IMG/VR virus record: IMGVR_UViG_3300005804_000002
Location: 1-38,975 of that record
DNA length: 38,975 nt
Source of the DNA: a virus
Lineage: Duplodnaviria > Caudoviricetes
Direction: 5' to 3' (one strand)
The position numbers and the translations under genes were made by a program. Shown here one piece after another: positions 1-9,204 of the stretch. A model generated the notes under the pieces. That model worked only from the letters and a program-made list of their open reading frames with translations. It was not told where the DNA came from and did not search any database. Every line of letters begins with the position of its first letter. Position 1 is the stretch's first letter.

Positions 1-47
1 CCTTGGGGTGGTAGAGGCCGCAAGTTCAAGTCTTGTCGCTCCGACCA
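1..47 (+). tRNA. 3' part of tRNA-Pro (anticodon GGG), probable att core
   Basis: cc-TTGGGGT-ggtag anticodon arm, GTTCAAGTC T-loop, ends CTCCGACCA; truncated at window start and adjacent to integrase. Confidence 0.9.
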
Positions 48-59
48 GTTTTAACTAGT

Positions 60-98
60 AAATCCGGGGTTTTCGAGAAATCGATTGCCCCGGATTTT
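60..98 (+). terminator. Hairpin/terminator after tRNA
   Basis: AAATCCGGGG...CCCCGGATTTT inverted repeat. Confidence 0.75.
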
Positions 99-115
99 AT
101 TCTAAAACAGAGCTT

Positions 116-284
116 TGGATGCACAATGGATGCACAATTAAAGCTACTTATTCAGTAATGGTATAGATATGCGCTTTAAATGCATAAAATTACTTGCGAT
201 TATGCATGAAAAAATTTAATTTTTAGCAAAAAAATAGAGAGCAGCTCTCGCCACTCTCTGTTTGGATGCAAAATGGATGCAGAA
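116..284. repeat. Tandem 11-bp direct repeats TGGATGCANAA (116-137 and 263-284), probable integrase arm-binding sites
   Basis: Two pairs of direct repeats between att core and integrase stop codon. Confidence 0.7.
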
Positions 285-1526
285 TTACTTTACCACTTGC
301 AAGTGATTCTCTTGATTTTCCTCTTTTGGTTTTTCTCCTTGGAATAGGAAATCCAATTTTGTTGCCACATCGTTCTTAGCACCCTTTATAAGATGCCCAT
401 AGATACGAAGAGTAGTGCTGACATCGGAATGGCCTACAAGCTCCTGTACGAGCCGTATAGGGACATTCTGAGCCAATAGGTGAGATACATAGTTGTGTCG
501 TAGTTGGTGGAATGTAATATCGCCAATTTTGGCCTTCTTAACCCACCGCTTGAAGATCAGGTCAAATCGTCTGTGTTTTATTGGGCGACCGTCCAAGTAG
601 CAGAACACGAGATTATTTTCATCGTACTTTTGACCGTCTGCCTCGATTTTCTCTCTTTCCTCGATCTGGCGTTTGCGATGCTCTTTAAGTTCACGCACAA
701 TCAGATCGGAAATAGGTACGGTTCTATAGCCAGACAAGGACTTAACCTCACTCTTAAGGTGTTTGCCAGTAGCAGTCCTTACACGACTCTCTGCAATGGT
801 TATATAGCCTTCACCTTCCTTGAGGCCTACATTGCTCCATTTTAGCCCTAAAAGCTCACTGCGCCTTGAGCCAGAGCCAAGTGCGACAGGGATTATTGCT
901 CTTAGCCTGTGGGTTGCAGCAGCGTTTTGCAATTGCTCAACTTGAGCAGGGGAGAGGACTTCGATTGTTGTTTTTGGGGGTCTTTGGATGCTTACCTCGT
1001 CCAAAGGGTTAATCGTTATAAGACCCTCTTTTAATGCTTGATTTAAGGCGCAATTCAGTGTCTTAAATATGTCTTTGACCGTAGCAGGAGATAAGCCCTC
1101 ATGCTCACGGTCTTTTCTTTTGTCTTTTCTTGCTCCCGGCTCATAGCATGAGTTAATAAACTTCTGGCATAGATCGGTGGTTAAATCTTTTAGCTTAACC
1201 TTTCCGATAGCTGGAATAATATTAACCCTAGATTTAATCTCGTAATTATCCCATGTGTTTTCACGAATAGCGTTCTTCTTGCGGTGATGCAGCCAGGTAC
1301 TCAGCCATGACTCAATCGTATGATCCTGCGCCAAGACATCAAGCCCTTTGGCCTCTTTGCGTCTGATCTCTCGAATCTCGTCAATTAGACTATCCTCGCT
1401 ATCGTTACGCATGGTAACTCTCTTGTACTCACCATCAACATAAACCCCTACAGATGCCTCATATTTTCTCCTTTTCTCGTTCCATCTGATCTTTGGCATA
1501 CTGGCAATATCTCGCCCAACAGCCAT
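285..1526 (-). CDS. int: Tyrosine integrase
   Basis: R (GSRRSEL), HQLRH, LVGH and Y (LRIYGH) catalytic motifs; RBS AAGGAGGAG before ATG at 1526. Confidence 0.96.
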   Translation of the reverse strand: MAVGRDIASMPKIRWNEKRRKYEASVGVYVDGEYKRVTMRNDSEDSLIDEIREIRRKEAKGLDVLAQDHTIESWLSTWLHHRKKNAIRENTWDNYEIKSRVNIIPAIGKVKLKDLTTDLCQKFINSCYEPGARKDKRKDREHEGLSPATVKDIFKTLNCALNQALKEGLITINPLDEVSIQRPPKTTIEVLSPAQVEQLQNAAATHRLRAIIPVALGSGSRRSELLGLKWSNVGLKEGEGYITIAESRVRTATGKHLKSEVKSLSGYRTVPISDLIVRELKEHRKRQIEEREKIEADGQKYDENNLVFCYLDGRPIKHRRFDLIFKRWVKKAKIGDITFHQLRHNYVSHLLAQNVPIRLVQELVGHSDVSTTLRIYGHLIKGAKNDVATKLDFLFQGEKPKEENQENHLQVVK

Positions 1527-1674
1527 AAAATCTCCTCCTTGTCTTATTGGATATAAGGATATTTTACAGATAATTATCACCTTAGTCAATATTAAGCATC
1601 GAAAAGGCGATAAATATCATTAAAATAGGTACAAAAATATTCCACCAAAATAAAAGTGAAATATTTTCGTCATT

Positions 1675-2061
1675 CTATTCTACTTGTTTAACATTCCCAG
1701 TACTTAAGATCAAAGCATCAATTGTCTTTTCAAGAGCCTCAGAAGGAACACCACTTGCAACAGCCCTGTGGATCATCTCAATGTAGGGGAGGTTTCTTTC
1801 GTTCATAATGAACTCTTTCAAATCCTCCGACATATTTGGCAGTAGCTCTGATGGTAACCCACCTTCGTCCATATAGAAGTAGATCGGGTTTACATTAAAT
1901 AGCTCTGCCAGAATATCGACCGTTTTTGATCTTGGGTTTTTAATGTTGTTCTCCATCTGGGATATAGCACCTTGAAGCAACCCGGTCTTCTCCTCGATAT
2001 CTTTCATAGTCAGATTCCGAGATTTTCGCAGGGTTCGTAGTCGCTGTCCATTAAATTTCAT
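1675..2061 (-). CDS. XRE-family HTH repressor (CI-like)
   Basis: LRTLRKSRNLTMKDIEEKTGL...ISQMENN..NP HTH_3 pattern; next to integrase. Confidence 0.88.
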   Translation of the reverse strand: MKFNGQRLRTLRKSRNLTMKDIEEKTGLLQGAISQMENNIKNPRSKTVDILAELFNVNPIYFYMDEGGLPSELLPNMSEDLKEFIMNERNLPYIEMIHRAVASGVPSEALEKTIDALILSTGNVKQVE

Positions 2062-2094
2062 ATAATTCCACCCTTCAATAAATGGTATGGTTGA

Positions 2095-2123
2095 ATTATA
2101 CCATATAACTTAAAGTAATACAA
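2095..2123 (-). promoter_or_regulatory. Sigma-A promoter for repressor
   Basis: TTGTAT-17-TATAAT on minus strand. Confidence 0.65.
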
Positions 2124-2166
2124 ATAATGCAAATTCAATAAAAAATAGTACCAATTAACTATTGTA

Positions 2167-2196
2167 TTGACGCAATATCACTTTATGTTATATAAT
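2167..2196 (+). promoter_or_regulatory. Rightward sigma-A promoter
   Basis: TTGACG-18-TATAAT. Confidence 0.6.
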
Positions 2197-2348
2197 AATT
2201 TTTGTCGTAGCAATGCATTCTTGGAAAATAATTTAAATATCGACATATATTTTCCTCTTGAAAAACGAACGAGCGTTTGATAAAATATGCATATAGCTAA
2301 TCTTAACTCGACGAATGTGCGGAAAATATGTGCATTGTGCAGATATTA

Positions 2349-2378
2349 TTGACAAGATGCATAAGCATATGATATAAT
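2349..2378 (+). promoter_or_regulatory. Rightward sigma-A promoter with overlapping operator
   Basis: TTGACA-18-TATAAT with TGn extended -10. Confidence 0.7.
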
Positions 2379-2404
2379 ACATATTACGGAGGTGCTATTT
2401 AGTA

Positions 2405-2638
2405 ATGAACGAAGTTGAAAAAATTACCGAACAGCAGCTTGGCAACTATGTATTGGGGTTTGTTAATACCTACACCAAATGCCCGATCCAGATTCCATGC
2501 CAAAGGGAAAGAGAGGTGATTAGCACGGTTGAAGAGATCATCAAAGAAAGTTCGGATTTAAGCCTTTCCGACTTTGCGATCACTGGTAACGATGGTAGCC
2601 AATATCAACTTCAACTGTCGCTAGTTAAGGTAGCATAA
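2405..2638 (+). CDS. Hypothetical protein
   Basis: RBS GGAGGTG; followed by terminator. Confidence 0.7.
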   Translation: MNEVEKITEQQLGNYVLGFVNTYTKCPIQIPCQREREVISTVEEIIKESSDLSLSDFAITGNDGSQYQLQLSLVKVA

Positions 2639-2645
2639 GCCACAC

Positions 2646-2671
2646 ACCCTAGTCGAAAGACTGGGGTTTTT
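2646..2671 (+). terminator. Intrinsic terminator
   Basis: ACCCTAGTC-GAAA-GACTGGGGT followed by T tract. Confidence 0.8.
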
Positions 2672-2731
2672 ACACCGCTAAAATATGCATGGTGTAAATA
2701 AATATTAATAAAATATGAATGGAGGAGTTTT

Positions 2732-3391
2732 ATGACAAGTATCACAAAAAAATATCTTAAGGTGATGGAGGCCTGTGGCTACATTCAGAAAAAAGGCCGG
2801 AATGACTTCCACAAGTACAACTATGCAATGGCTGCAGATGTGCTTGAAAAGGTGAACGAGGCCTGTGTGGCAAATGGTATCGCCACTATTGCGAATGTGG
2901 AGCTTGTTGACATTAAGGATGTTACGACAGCCAAGGGAAATGTTGAAAAGTTAGCCACGGTAAAGACCACCTATACCTTAATCTGCACAGATACAGGGGA
3001 AACCCTAACTATTTCCGGCATGGGTTCTGGGCAGGACGCAGGTGACAAGGCCATTATGAAGGCGGAAACAGCATCGGCTAAGTATGCGTGGATGCTCTCG
3101 ATGAATATTAGCACTGGTGACGATCCAGAGGCCGATACTGGCGTTGATGAGCGTATGGCTAATGTGAAACCGCATTACAGCAAAAATGCGCCTGTTAATC
3201 GAAAAGCCAATGTTCCTGCTGATGCGCCAAAAGACATCATCACATTTGGCAAATATGTCGGGAAATCCTTACATGAGATCGTCAAAACTGATCGAGCTTA
3301 TGTTCAGCGTGTTGCTGATGGAGATTGGCAGGGCTTTGGTGCTATCGCAAGAGAAGTGCTTGAGGCCAATCCAGAAGGAGATGCAGCTTAA
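2732..3391 (+). CDS. ERF-family single-strand annealing protein with C-terminal FGKY(x)G domain
   Basis: KKGRNDFHKYNYA...GSGQDAGDKAIMKAETASAKY...ISTGDDPE; C-terminal ITFGKYVGKSL. Confidence 0.88.
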   Translation: MTSITKKYLKVMEACGYIQKKGRNDFHKYNYAMAADVLEKVNEACVANGIATIANVELVDIKDVTTAKGNVEKLATVKTTYTLICTDTGETLTISGMGSGQDAGDKAIMKAETASAKYAWMLSMNISTGDDPEADTGVDERMANVKPHYSKNAPVNRKANVPADAPKDIITFGKYVGKSLHEIVKTDRAYVQRVADGDWQGFGAIAREVLEANPEGDAA

Positions 3392-3435
3392 GGCGAGGGG
3401 TAACCCTCGCTTTTCTGCTTACTAGGAGGTTTAAC

Positions 3436-3657
3436 ATGGTAAAGCACATATACGAGAGCCATATGGGCGGTTTCTTCTTTACTGATCGTATCTTGGAGGA
3501 CACATACTGTGACTCATGCGGTGATTCCGACACATACATTGGATCAGCCGAGACAAAAAGCGAAGCTATTAAATTGATTCGCAATTCCATGTTCGGCGAT
3601 CTTTACACCAAAAAATACATTCGTGAAATCGTAAATGAGGAATTTGGAGGGAATTAA
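3436..3657 (+). CDS. Small CxxC phage protein
   Basis: RBS AGGAGGT; YCDSCGDSD motif. Confidence 0.7.
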   Translation: MVKHIYESHMGGFFFTDRILEDTYCDSCGDSDTYIGSAETKSEAIKLIRNSMFGDLYTKKYIREIVNEEFGGN

Positions 3658-3658
3658 T

Positions 3659-3856
3659 ATGGCAAATTTTATCATCAAGTATATGGACAATTATGACAAT
3701 GCAGACCAAATCACAATTGAGGCCGACGATGCAGTAGAAGCTATGAAACGAGCCATGAATGAACCTGGGGTTTGCATGATTACAGGTGTGGCTAGAAAGG
3801 TCTACGAGATTAATGATCCACAAAAGAAAATTAAAAGCAAAAAAACTGTTGCATAA
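3659..3856 (+). CDS. Hypothetical protein
   Basis: RBS GGAGG; directly follows previous gene. Confidence 0.65.
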   Translation: MANFIIKYMDNYDNADQITIEADDAVEAMKRAMNEPGVCMITGVARKVYEINDPQKKIKSKKTVA

Positions 3857-3922
3857 TATCACTAAAAGGTATATTATAATCTTAAATATAACTTTGTGGT
3901 ATTTCAGAGGGGAGAAATATTT

Positions 3923-4312
3923 ATGTTCTTCTTCGGTCATGTCAGGTTGCACCGTAGCATTATGAACAGTGAAATCTGGACAGAGGCAACGCCATCAACT
4001 TTAAAGCTATTCACATACCTAATAATGCGAGTGAACTTTAAGGATGTTGTCAGCAATGGTCGCCAGTATAAAAGGGGCGAGATTGTAACCTCATACGAAA
4101 CTATTATGAGTGAGTGCAAACTATCAAGGGATACTGTTGCCAAGTCGTTAAAATGGCTTAAGGCAGGTGGGTATATTGATATCCTTGATAGTAAAAAAGC
4201 CTTCACACACATCCGTATTCCCAATTACGAACTCTATCAAGCTATCGAAACTGAAATGACTGAGCATGAAGAAAAGCGTTCAACATTTCGGGTTATTGAG
4301 GGTAATGGGTAG
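3923..4312 (+). CDS. Phage replication initiator-like HTH protein (N-terminal domain only)
   Basis: GHVRLHRSIMNSEIW...KLFTYLIMRVN...KRGEIVTSYETI...IRIPNYELYQ resembles replisome-organizer N-termini. Confidence 0.7.
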   Translation: MFFFGHVRLHRSIMNSEIWTEATPSTLKLFTYLIMRVNFKDVVSNGRQYKRGEIVTSYETIMSECKLSRDTVAKSLKWLKAGGYIDILDSKKAFTHIRIPNYELYQAIETEMTEHEEKRSTFRVIEGNG

Positions 4313-4370
4313 TCTGATTTTTAGTAAAATGTAGTCCGATTTTTCGTAATACCTAGTCAGAAAATCAGAC
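4309..4370. repeat. Iteron-like repeats, candidate replication origin
   Basis: TAGTC(T/C)GATTTTT at 4310 and 4332, TAGTCAGAAAATCAGAC at 4354 (22-bp period). Confidence 0.6.
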
Positions 4371-4503
4371 ACAAGATAATAAAGAGAGAGAAGAATGAAA
4401 GAGAAGCACGAAGTGAGTGTCGGCTCTGCCGACAGCTCTATCGAGCTGCTAAAAAAAGATCAATATTACGATTGGTAACGAATCACCAAGGAGGAATTGA
4501 TGT

Positions 4504-4875
4504 ATGGCAACTATGACTAACTTACCAGAACCAGTGGCGTTTCGTAATCTCCCTTGGAACAAGAGGATCGACTTGACTACCAAAACTTATATTTTCAAAT
4601 GCACAACTTACAAGCTGTTCGTTGGCAATAAAATGAATCCCAAGTACTTTGCAATCCGTAAATTCTTCATGGGGTGCAAGGAGGAAGACTTGTGGGCAAT
4701 CTACGATTATCTTTATTCTCTATCTGGTAAATTTCAGCAATCAATGACAGAAGTATTCTGCAAGGCAGAAGAGCATCGCAAAAAACTCATTAGCCTTGAT
4801 AACAAGAAAAAGATTGCCGAGCTAAAGGTTGAGCAATATCAAGACTATGGCTTGAATGACATTATGAACTGGTAG
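4504..4875 (+). CDS. Hypothetical protein
   Basis: RBS GGAGGA; 123-aa ORF. Confidence 0.7.
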   Translation: MATMTNLPEPVAFRNLPWNKRIDLTTKTYIFKCTTYKLFVGNKMNPKYFAIRKFFMGCKEEDLWAIYDYLYSLSGKFQQSMTEVFCKAEEHRKKLISLDNKKKIAELKVEQYQDYGLNDIMNW

Positions 4876-4884
4876 GAGGTATTT

Positions 4885-5061
4885 ATGGCTGACATTGCAA
4901 TGTGCAACGGAAAAGGCTGCTCCAAGAGAGAGCAATGCTATCGATTTACAGCACCAGTTAATTATTACTGGCAACCATATCTCGTTATGGACGATAAGCC
5001 CAAGAATGGGTGCGACAAGTTCTTAAGCAATAAGCGCAGGGTGGATAATCCCTCTGGCTAA
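4885..5061 (+). CDS. Small Cys-rich phage protein (58 aa)
   Basis: RBS AGGAGGT; MADIAMCNGKGCSKREQCYRF; below ORF-track cutoff. Confidence 0.7.
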   Translation: MADIAMCNGKGCSKREQCYRFTAPVNYYWQPYLVMDDKPKNGCDKFLSNKRRVDNPSG

Positions 5062-5090
5062 AACAGCAGCGGTGGAATAGGAGATGGAGC

Positions 5091-5513
5091 ATGAAGAAAA
5101 AATTAACGATGGGAACGGTGATTTTGGCCTTGGTGTTTGGTATGCCTATGAGCAAAGCTGACACAGGGCATAAAGAAATTGAGTACGAAATTGCAGCTCA
5201 AGATCAGGCCGTAGAGGCAGATTCAATGCACGAAGAGGTTATCCTTGAGGCCACGGCTTACACAGCAGCAGACGATGAATGTGGCAACGGTGATGGCATT
5301 ACTGCATCTGGCAGACCAGTTAGGCCAGGTTATGTAGCCATGAGTAGATCAATTCCATTTGGCACAAGGGTCTGGATAGAGGGGATGGGTATGTATGAGG
5401 TTCAAGATCGTGGGGGCGCAATCGAAGATGGCAAGATTGATATTTATGTCGAAACCAAAGACGAGGCGTTTGAATTTGGCAGAAGGCAAATCAGGGCTAA
5501 ACTGTATTATTAA
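5091..5513 (+). CDS. Secreted 3D-domain (MltA-like) cell-wall protein
   Basis: Signal peptide; EATAYT...GITASG...IPFGT..QDRGGAI...IDIY. Confidence 0.88.
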   Translation: MKKKLTMGTVILALVFGMPMSKADTGHKEIEYEIAAQDQAVEADSMHEEVILEATAYTAADDECGNGDGITASGRPVRPGYVAMSRSIPFGTRVWIEGMGMYEVQDRGGAIEDGKIDIYVETKDEAFEFGRRQIRAKLYY

Positions 5514-5540
5514 TAAATATGTGCAATGGCAATAACAATA

Positions 5541-5569
5541 TTGACATTATGCATAAATAGAGTTAAAAT
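5541..5569 (+). promoter_or_regulatory. Sigma-A promoter
   Basis: TTGACA-17-TAAAAT. Confidence 0.7.
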
Positions 5570-5605
5570 AAAATAACAGCGAAGGTCTGAAAAGGAGGAA
5601 ACAAA

Positions 5606-7585
5606 ATGTCTGGAATCGTTAACTCGATTATTGCAAAGGCCGATCCCCTAGATTATTATCGCAGATTTACCCGATTGAAATCTGTTGGAAACACACATCG
5701 TGGATGCTGCCCAATTTGTAATGGCAGCAACGAAACAGAGTTCTCGGTATATGCAGATGGCAAGTATCACTGCTTCAAATGCTTGTCCTCTGGCACGGTA
5801 ATTAATTTCTATGCCGATATGAATAGAGTGCGCTATGATGAGGCGATCCAAGCACTTGCCGAAGAGTTTAATCTTGATATTAGGCGTGATCAGCAGTATG
5901 TCAATCAAATGTCGCAAGTGGAGAAAAACGAGCGCATTGTAGCAACATATGCTCGTCAGGTTGGTAAGGTTGCTGACTACTTGCTTAAGCGTGGCCTGAC
6001 CGAAGAGCAAATCATGGACTATAAACTTGGCTCTGATGGAACTAACTTGGTGTTTCCTCTTCGAGATATCAATGGGCGCACAATCGCATTCGCCACTCGG
6101 CAATTTGACCGTAAGCCCAAATACATCAACTCCAAAAACGACGATCTGTATGACAAGTCGAAGTTTTGGTATAACCTCGATAGGGCAAGAAAACGGATCA
6201 CAAATCGCTTGGTATTGGTTGAAGGGTATTTTGATGTTATTGCAGGTGACTCCCAAGAGCCAACCGTTGGTTACTGTGGGATTGAAATTACTCGTGATCA
6301 AATCTTGGTTCTTAAGGAATTGCTTGCAACCAATCCGTATATGGAGTTACTTTGGTTGCCAGACAATGATGGTAAGGCCATTGAGATAGTTCCAAAGGTC
6401 AGGGAGAGATTCATCAACATTGCACCAAGTCTGAATGTGCGTGTGGGCATTATGCCGGATGGTGTGAAGGACTTATCCGACTACATCCAAGCCGGAGGCA
6501 GAATTGAAGACCTTGAAACTGAGGCCTTGGATATGTTCGTATTGAAGCTGATGCTTAGTAAATGTCAGTCGCTTCAAGCAGAGTATAAGGTCACAGAGGG
6601 CTTTATCAAATCGGTATCGTCGCCACTGGTCAAATCCGATATTGCAAAATATCTTGCCAAGCGGTGGGATAAGACCGAAAAGGAAATGCGTGATTGGTTG
6701 TCCGTTGGTGTTAAGTCGGTAGATGACCTGATGGGCGAATTTAAAGACCCTCTGCAATGCGTCACAGAGTACAGTGAACTGCTTGGTGGTGAACCTGTTC
6801 AATTCGGTTTCCCCGGCCTCGACAAAGCACTTCGTGGTGGCGGTAGAAAGCAGGATGTAGTCTTCCTAGGTGCTTACTCAAGCGTAGGTAAGACGATGGT
6901 CGTAATTCAGATGGTCATCGACATGATCATTCGCCAAAACAAGAGAGTATTGTTCTTTTCGTTGGAAATGAATGCAGGATCGCTTTACGAGCGCATTATT
7001 GCAAACCTGCTTGGCAAACCAACCCAAGACATTGAATCGCTTATGAAGGCAAAAGACCCGATGGTGTATCAGATCATTGAAAAGCTCAATAAGCGACTGT
7101 TTGTGGTCGATACCAACTATCTGTCCATCGAAGATATGGAAGAGCGCATTAAACTGGCAAACACTCGGCTTTGCGAGGAAGGGAAGATTGATGTAGTTGT
7201 CGTTGACTATCTGCAATATATGGCAGGTACGGATGACTACGAAAAGCTTTCCAAAACGGCTAGAACATTCAAGCCAGTTGCCAAGGATCAGAATGTCATG
7301 TTTATTATCCTGTCGCAGTTGAATCGTGGCGCACAAGCTTGGGAAACCCCAACACTCAATATGCTTAAGGGCGCAGGTGACATTGAGGCTACAGGCGATA
7401 TCATTCTCTTCCTCTGGAAACCAGCTCTCAATCCAAAGCTAACAGCAATCGAGAAGGAGCAGCTAAAGAATAAGATCATGCTTGGTGTCGGTAAGGCCAG
7501 AAGGGGCTGCTTGGCATTTGAGTTTGAATTGCTGTTCCATGAAAAAGAAACTCGTGTCCGTGAAGTATTTTCAGAAGTAGCATAA
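5606..7585 (+). CDS. DNA primase-helicase fusion (Zn finger + TOPRIM + DnaB-like SF4 helicase)
   Basis: CPIC...CFKC; PKYINS, VEGYFD, DND; GAYSSVGKT, FSLEM, VVDYLQ, LSQLNR. Confidence 0.93.
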   Translation: MSGIVNSIIAKADPLDYYRRFTRLKSVGNTHRGCCPICNGSNETEFSVYADGKYHCFKCLSSGTVINFYADMNRVRYDEAIQALAEEFNLDIRRDQQYVNQMSQVEKNERIVATYARQVGKVADYLLKRGLTEEQIMDYKLGSDGTNLVFPLRDINGRTIAFATRQFDRKPKYINSKNDDLYDKSKFWYNLDRARKRITNRLVLVEGYFDVIAGDSQEPTVGYCGIEITRDQILVLKELLATNPYMELLWLPDNDGKAIEIVPKVRERFINIAPSLNVRVGIMPDGVKDLSDYIQAGGRIEDLETEALDMFVLKLMLSKCQSLQAEYKVTEGFIKSVSSPLVKSDIAKYLAKRWDKTEKEMRDWLSVGVKSVDDLMGEFKDPLQCVTEYSELLGGEPVQFGFPGLDKALRGGGRKQDVVFLGAYSSVGKTMVVIQMVIDMIIRQNKRVLFFSLEMNAGSLYERIIANLLGKPTQDIESLMKAKDPMVYQIIEKLNKRLFVVDTNYLSIEDMEERIKLANTRLCEEGKIDVVVVDYLQYMAGTDDYEKLSKTARTFKPVAKDQNVMFIILSQLNRGAQAWETPTLNMLKGAGDIEATGDIILFLWKPALNPKLTAIEKEQLKNKIMLGVGKARRGCLAFEFELLFHEKETRVREVFSEVA

Positions 7586-7595
7586 ATCAGGAGGG

Positions 7596-8321
7596 ATGCT
7601 TATGAGCAAAGAAGTAATGAAAGTGTTTGAGTATACAGGCAAGGAGGTGAGAACGGTCATTATTGATAATGAGCCTTGGTTTGTAGCGAAGGATGTGTGC
7701 GATATCTTGGAGCTGAAAAATAGTCGCAAAGCAGTAGGTGATCTTGATGAGGACGAAAGAGCAAGTGTAACTATTAGTGACACTTCCCTATCTACTAGGG
7801 AAACAATCACAGTTCAAGCCATTAATGAACCTGGCCTTTATTCCTTGGTTCTAAAGTCTCGCAAGCCGGAGGCCAAGCTGTTCAAGCGATGGATCACACA
7901 CGAAGTCATTCCGTCGATCCGTAAGCATGGTGCTTACATGACACCAGAAACCATTGAAAAGGTGCTATTAAACCCAGACACGATCATTAACCTAGCCACT
8001 GCGCTGAAACGAGAGCAGGAGGCCAGAGTGGAGGCCGAGAGGGTTAACAACTTACTGATGCACACCAAGAAGGTATACACATCAACCGAAATCGCAAAAG
8101 AGCTTGGGTATGCTTCACCACAGTCGCTTCATAGAGATTTGGCTAGAAGAGAAATTATCTATCGTGTGAACGGAACTTGGGTGCTGTATGCTAAATACGC
8201 TGATCTTGGCTACATGGAAACCAAGCAGCAAGTGTCACCAAGTGGTCATGTATTCTATGCGTCATTCTGGACGCAAGAAGGAAGAAAATTCTTGTTAGAA
8301 ATGCTTGCAAAAACTGCGTAA
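7596..8321 (+). CDS. BRO-N/KilAC-type antirepressor
   Basis: EPWFVAKDVCDIL...INEPGLYSLVLKSRKPEAKLFKRWITHEVIPSIRKHGAY; C-terminal WTQEGRKFL. Confidence 0.92.
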   Translation: MLMSKEVMKVFEYTGKEVRTVIIDNEPWFVAKDVCDILELKNSRKAVGDLDEDERASVTISDTSLSTRETITVQAINEPGLYSLVLKSRKPEAKLFKRWITHEVIPSIRKHGAYMTPETIEKVLLNPDTIINLATALKREQEARVEAERVNNLLMHTKKVYTSTEIAKELGYASPQSLHRDLARREIIYRVNGTWVLYAKYADLGYMETKQQVSPSGHVFYASFWTQEGRKFLLEMLAKTA

Positions 8322-8337
8322 AGGAGAATGTGGGATT

Positions 8338-8628
8338 ATGAAAATTGAATTTGCAAAGAAGACGAAAACTCAAGTTTTGGCAGAGAGAATTTACGAATAC
8401 TTGGCAGGCCAGAGCCGACAAGGCAAGGTTCAGATCGGGTATAACGAGATTGGTCGCAATATGGGCGAAGCAAACCTTGGCATGATTCATGGTGCGCTAA
8501 ATCAACTTATCAACGATGGCAAGATTATCGTGCTGAAAGATAATGGTGGTCGTGGTGGCAATAGATCGCCGAGAACATACGGCATCACATCTCTTTTAAG
8601 GTTCTTTGAGTCAATTTCTGTTGCTTGA
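8338..8628 (+). CDS. Winged-helix DNA-binding protein
   Basis: YNEIGRNMG...IHGALNQLINDGKI pattern. Confidence 0.55.
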   Translation: MKIEFAKKTKTQVLAERIYEYLAGQSRQGKVQIGYNEIGRNMGEANLGMIHGALNQLINDGKIIVLKDNGGRGGNRSPRTYGITSLLRFFESISVA

Positions 8629-8654
8629 TTTTATGCTTGTAGGCAATTGAAATA

Positions 8655-8683
8655 TTGACAATATGCATAAAATGTGATATAAT
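8655..8683 (+). promoter_or_regulatory. Consensus sigma-A promoter
   Basis: TTGACA-17-TATAAT with TGn. Confidence 0.8.
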
Positions 8684-8712
8684 ATGTGTGTAAAAGTCAA
8701 GGAGGTATTGAG

Positions 8713-8820
8713 ATGTTTAAGCTGAAAGAAGTTGCACGAATTACCGTTTCCAGGGGTTCTGATGGCAAGCTTATGAAGCTGTTTGCTAAAAGAAAGGCAA
8801 GCAAGGAGGGCAATGCATGA
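8713..8820 (+). CDS. Small basic protein (35 aa)
   Basis: RBS AGGAGGT; ATGA overlap with next gene. Confidence 0.55.
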   Translation: MFKLKEVARITVSRGSDGKLMKLFAKRKASKEGNA

Positions 8821-9185
8821 AAATCGCAGTTGTAAGATTTCCAAACCAATACGGACAATCAAAGAAGTACGAGTTCAAGACGGATATTGAACTGCAGGTC
8901 GGCGATAAGGTGGTCTGTGATACAGCAATGGGCTACACGGTGGCTGATGTAGTTGAAATCAAGGAAGATTCAAGCATTGCGAAAAAGTGGATCGTTTCTA
9001 AGATTGATCTTACGGCGCACTTGATTCGACTAGAGAAGGAAAAGAAACTTGCGGAAATTAAGGCCAAGCTTGATCGTAAGCGCAAGGAGATTGAAGAGAT
9101 GCAAATCCTGCAGTTGTTGGCCGAAAGGGATTCCGAATTCGCAGTATTGTTGGAGGAATATATCGAGCTTCAAAAGGTGTCTTAA
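8817..9185 (+). CDS. Conserved phage protein (SH3-like N-terminus plus coiled coil)
   Basis: KKYEFKTDIELQVGDKVVCDT; RBS AAGGAGG. Confidence 0.7.
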   Translation: MKIAVVRFPNQYGQSKKYEFKTDIELQVGDKVVCDTAMGYTVADVVEIKEDSSIAKKWIVSKIDLTAHLIRLEKEKKLAEIKAKLDRKRKEIEEMQILQLLAERDSEFAVLLEEYIELQKVS

Positions 9186-9204
9186 TCTAGGAAAGGATGG
9201 TTAG

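Noticed and set aside
5648-7479. Antisense and alternate-frame ORFs inside the primase-helicase (and similar ones in RNR, TerL, portal)
   Set aside because: Fully overlap well-supported genes and lack RBSs
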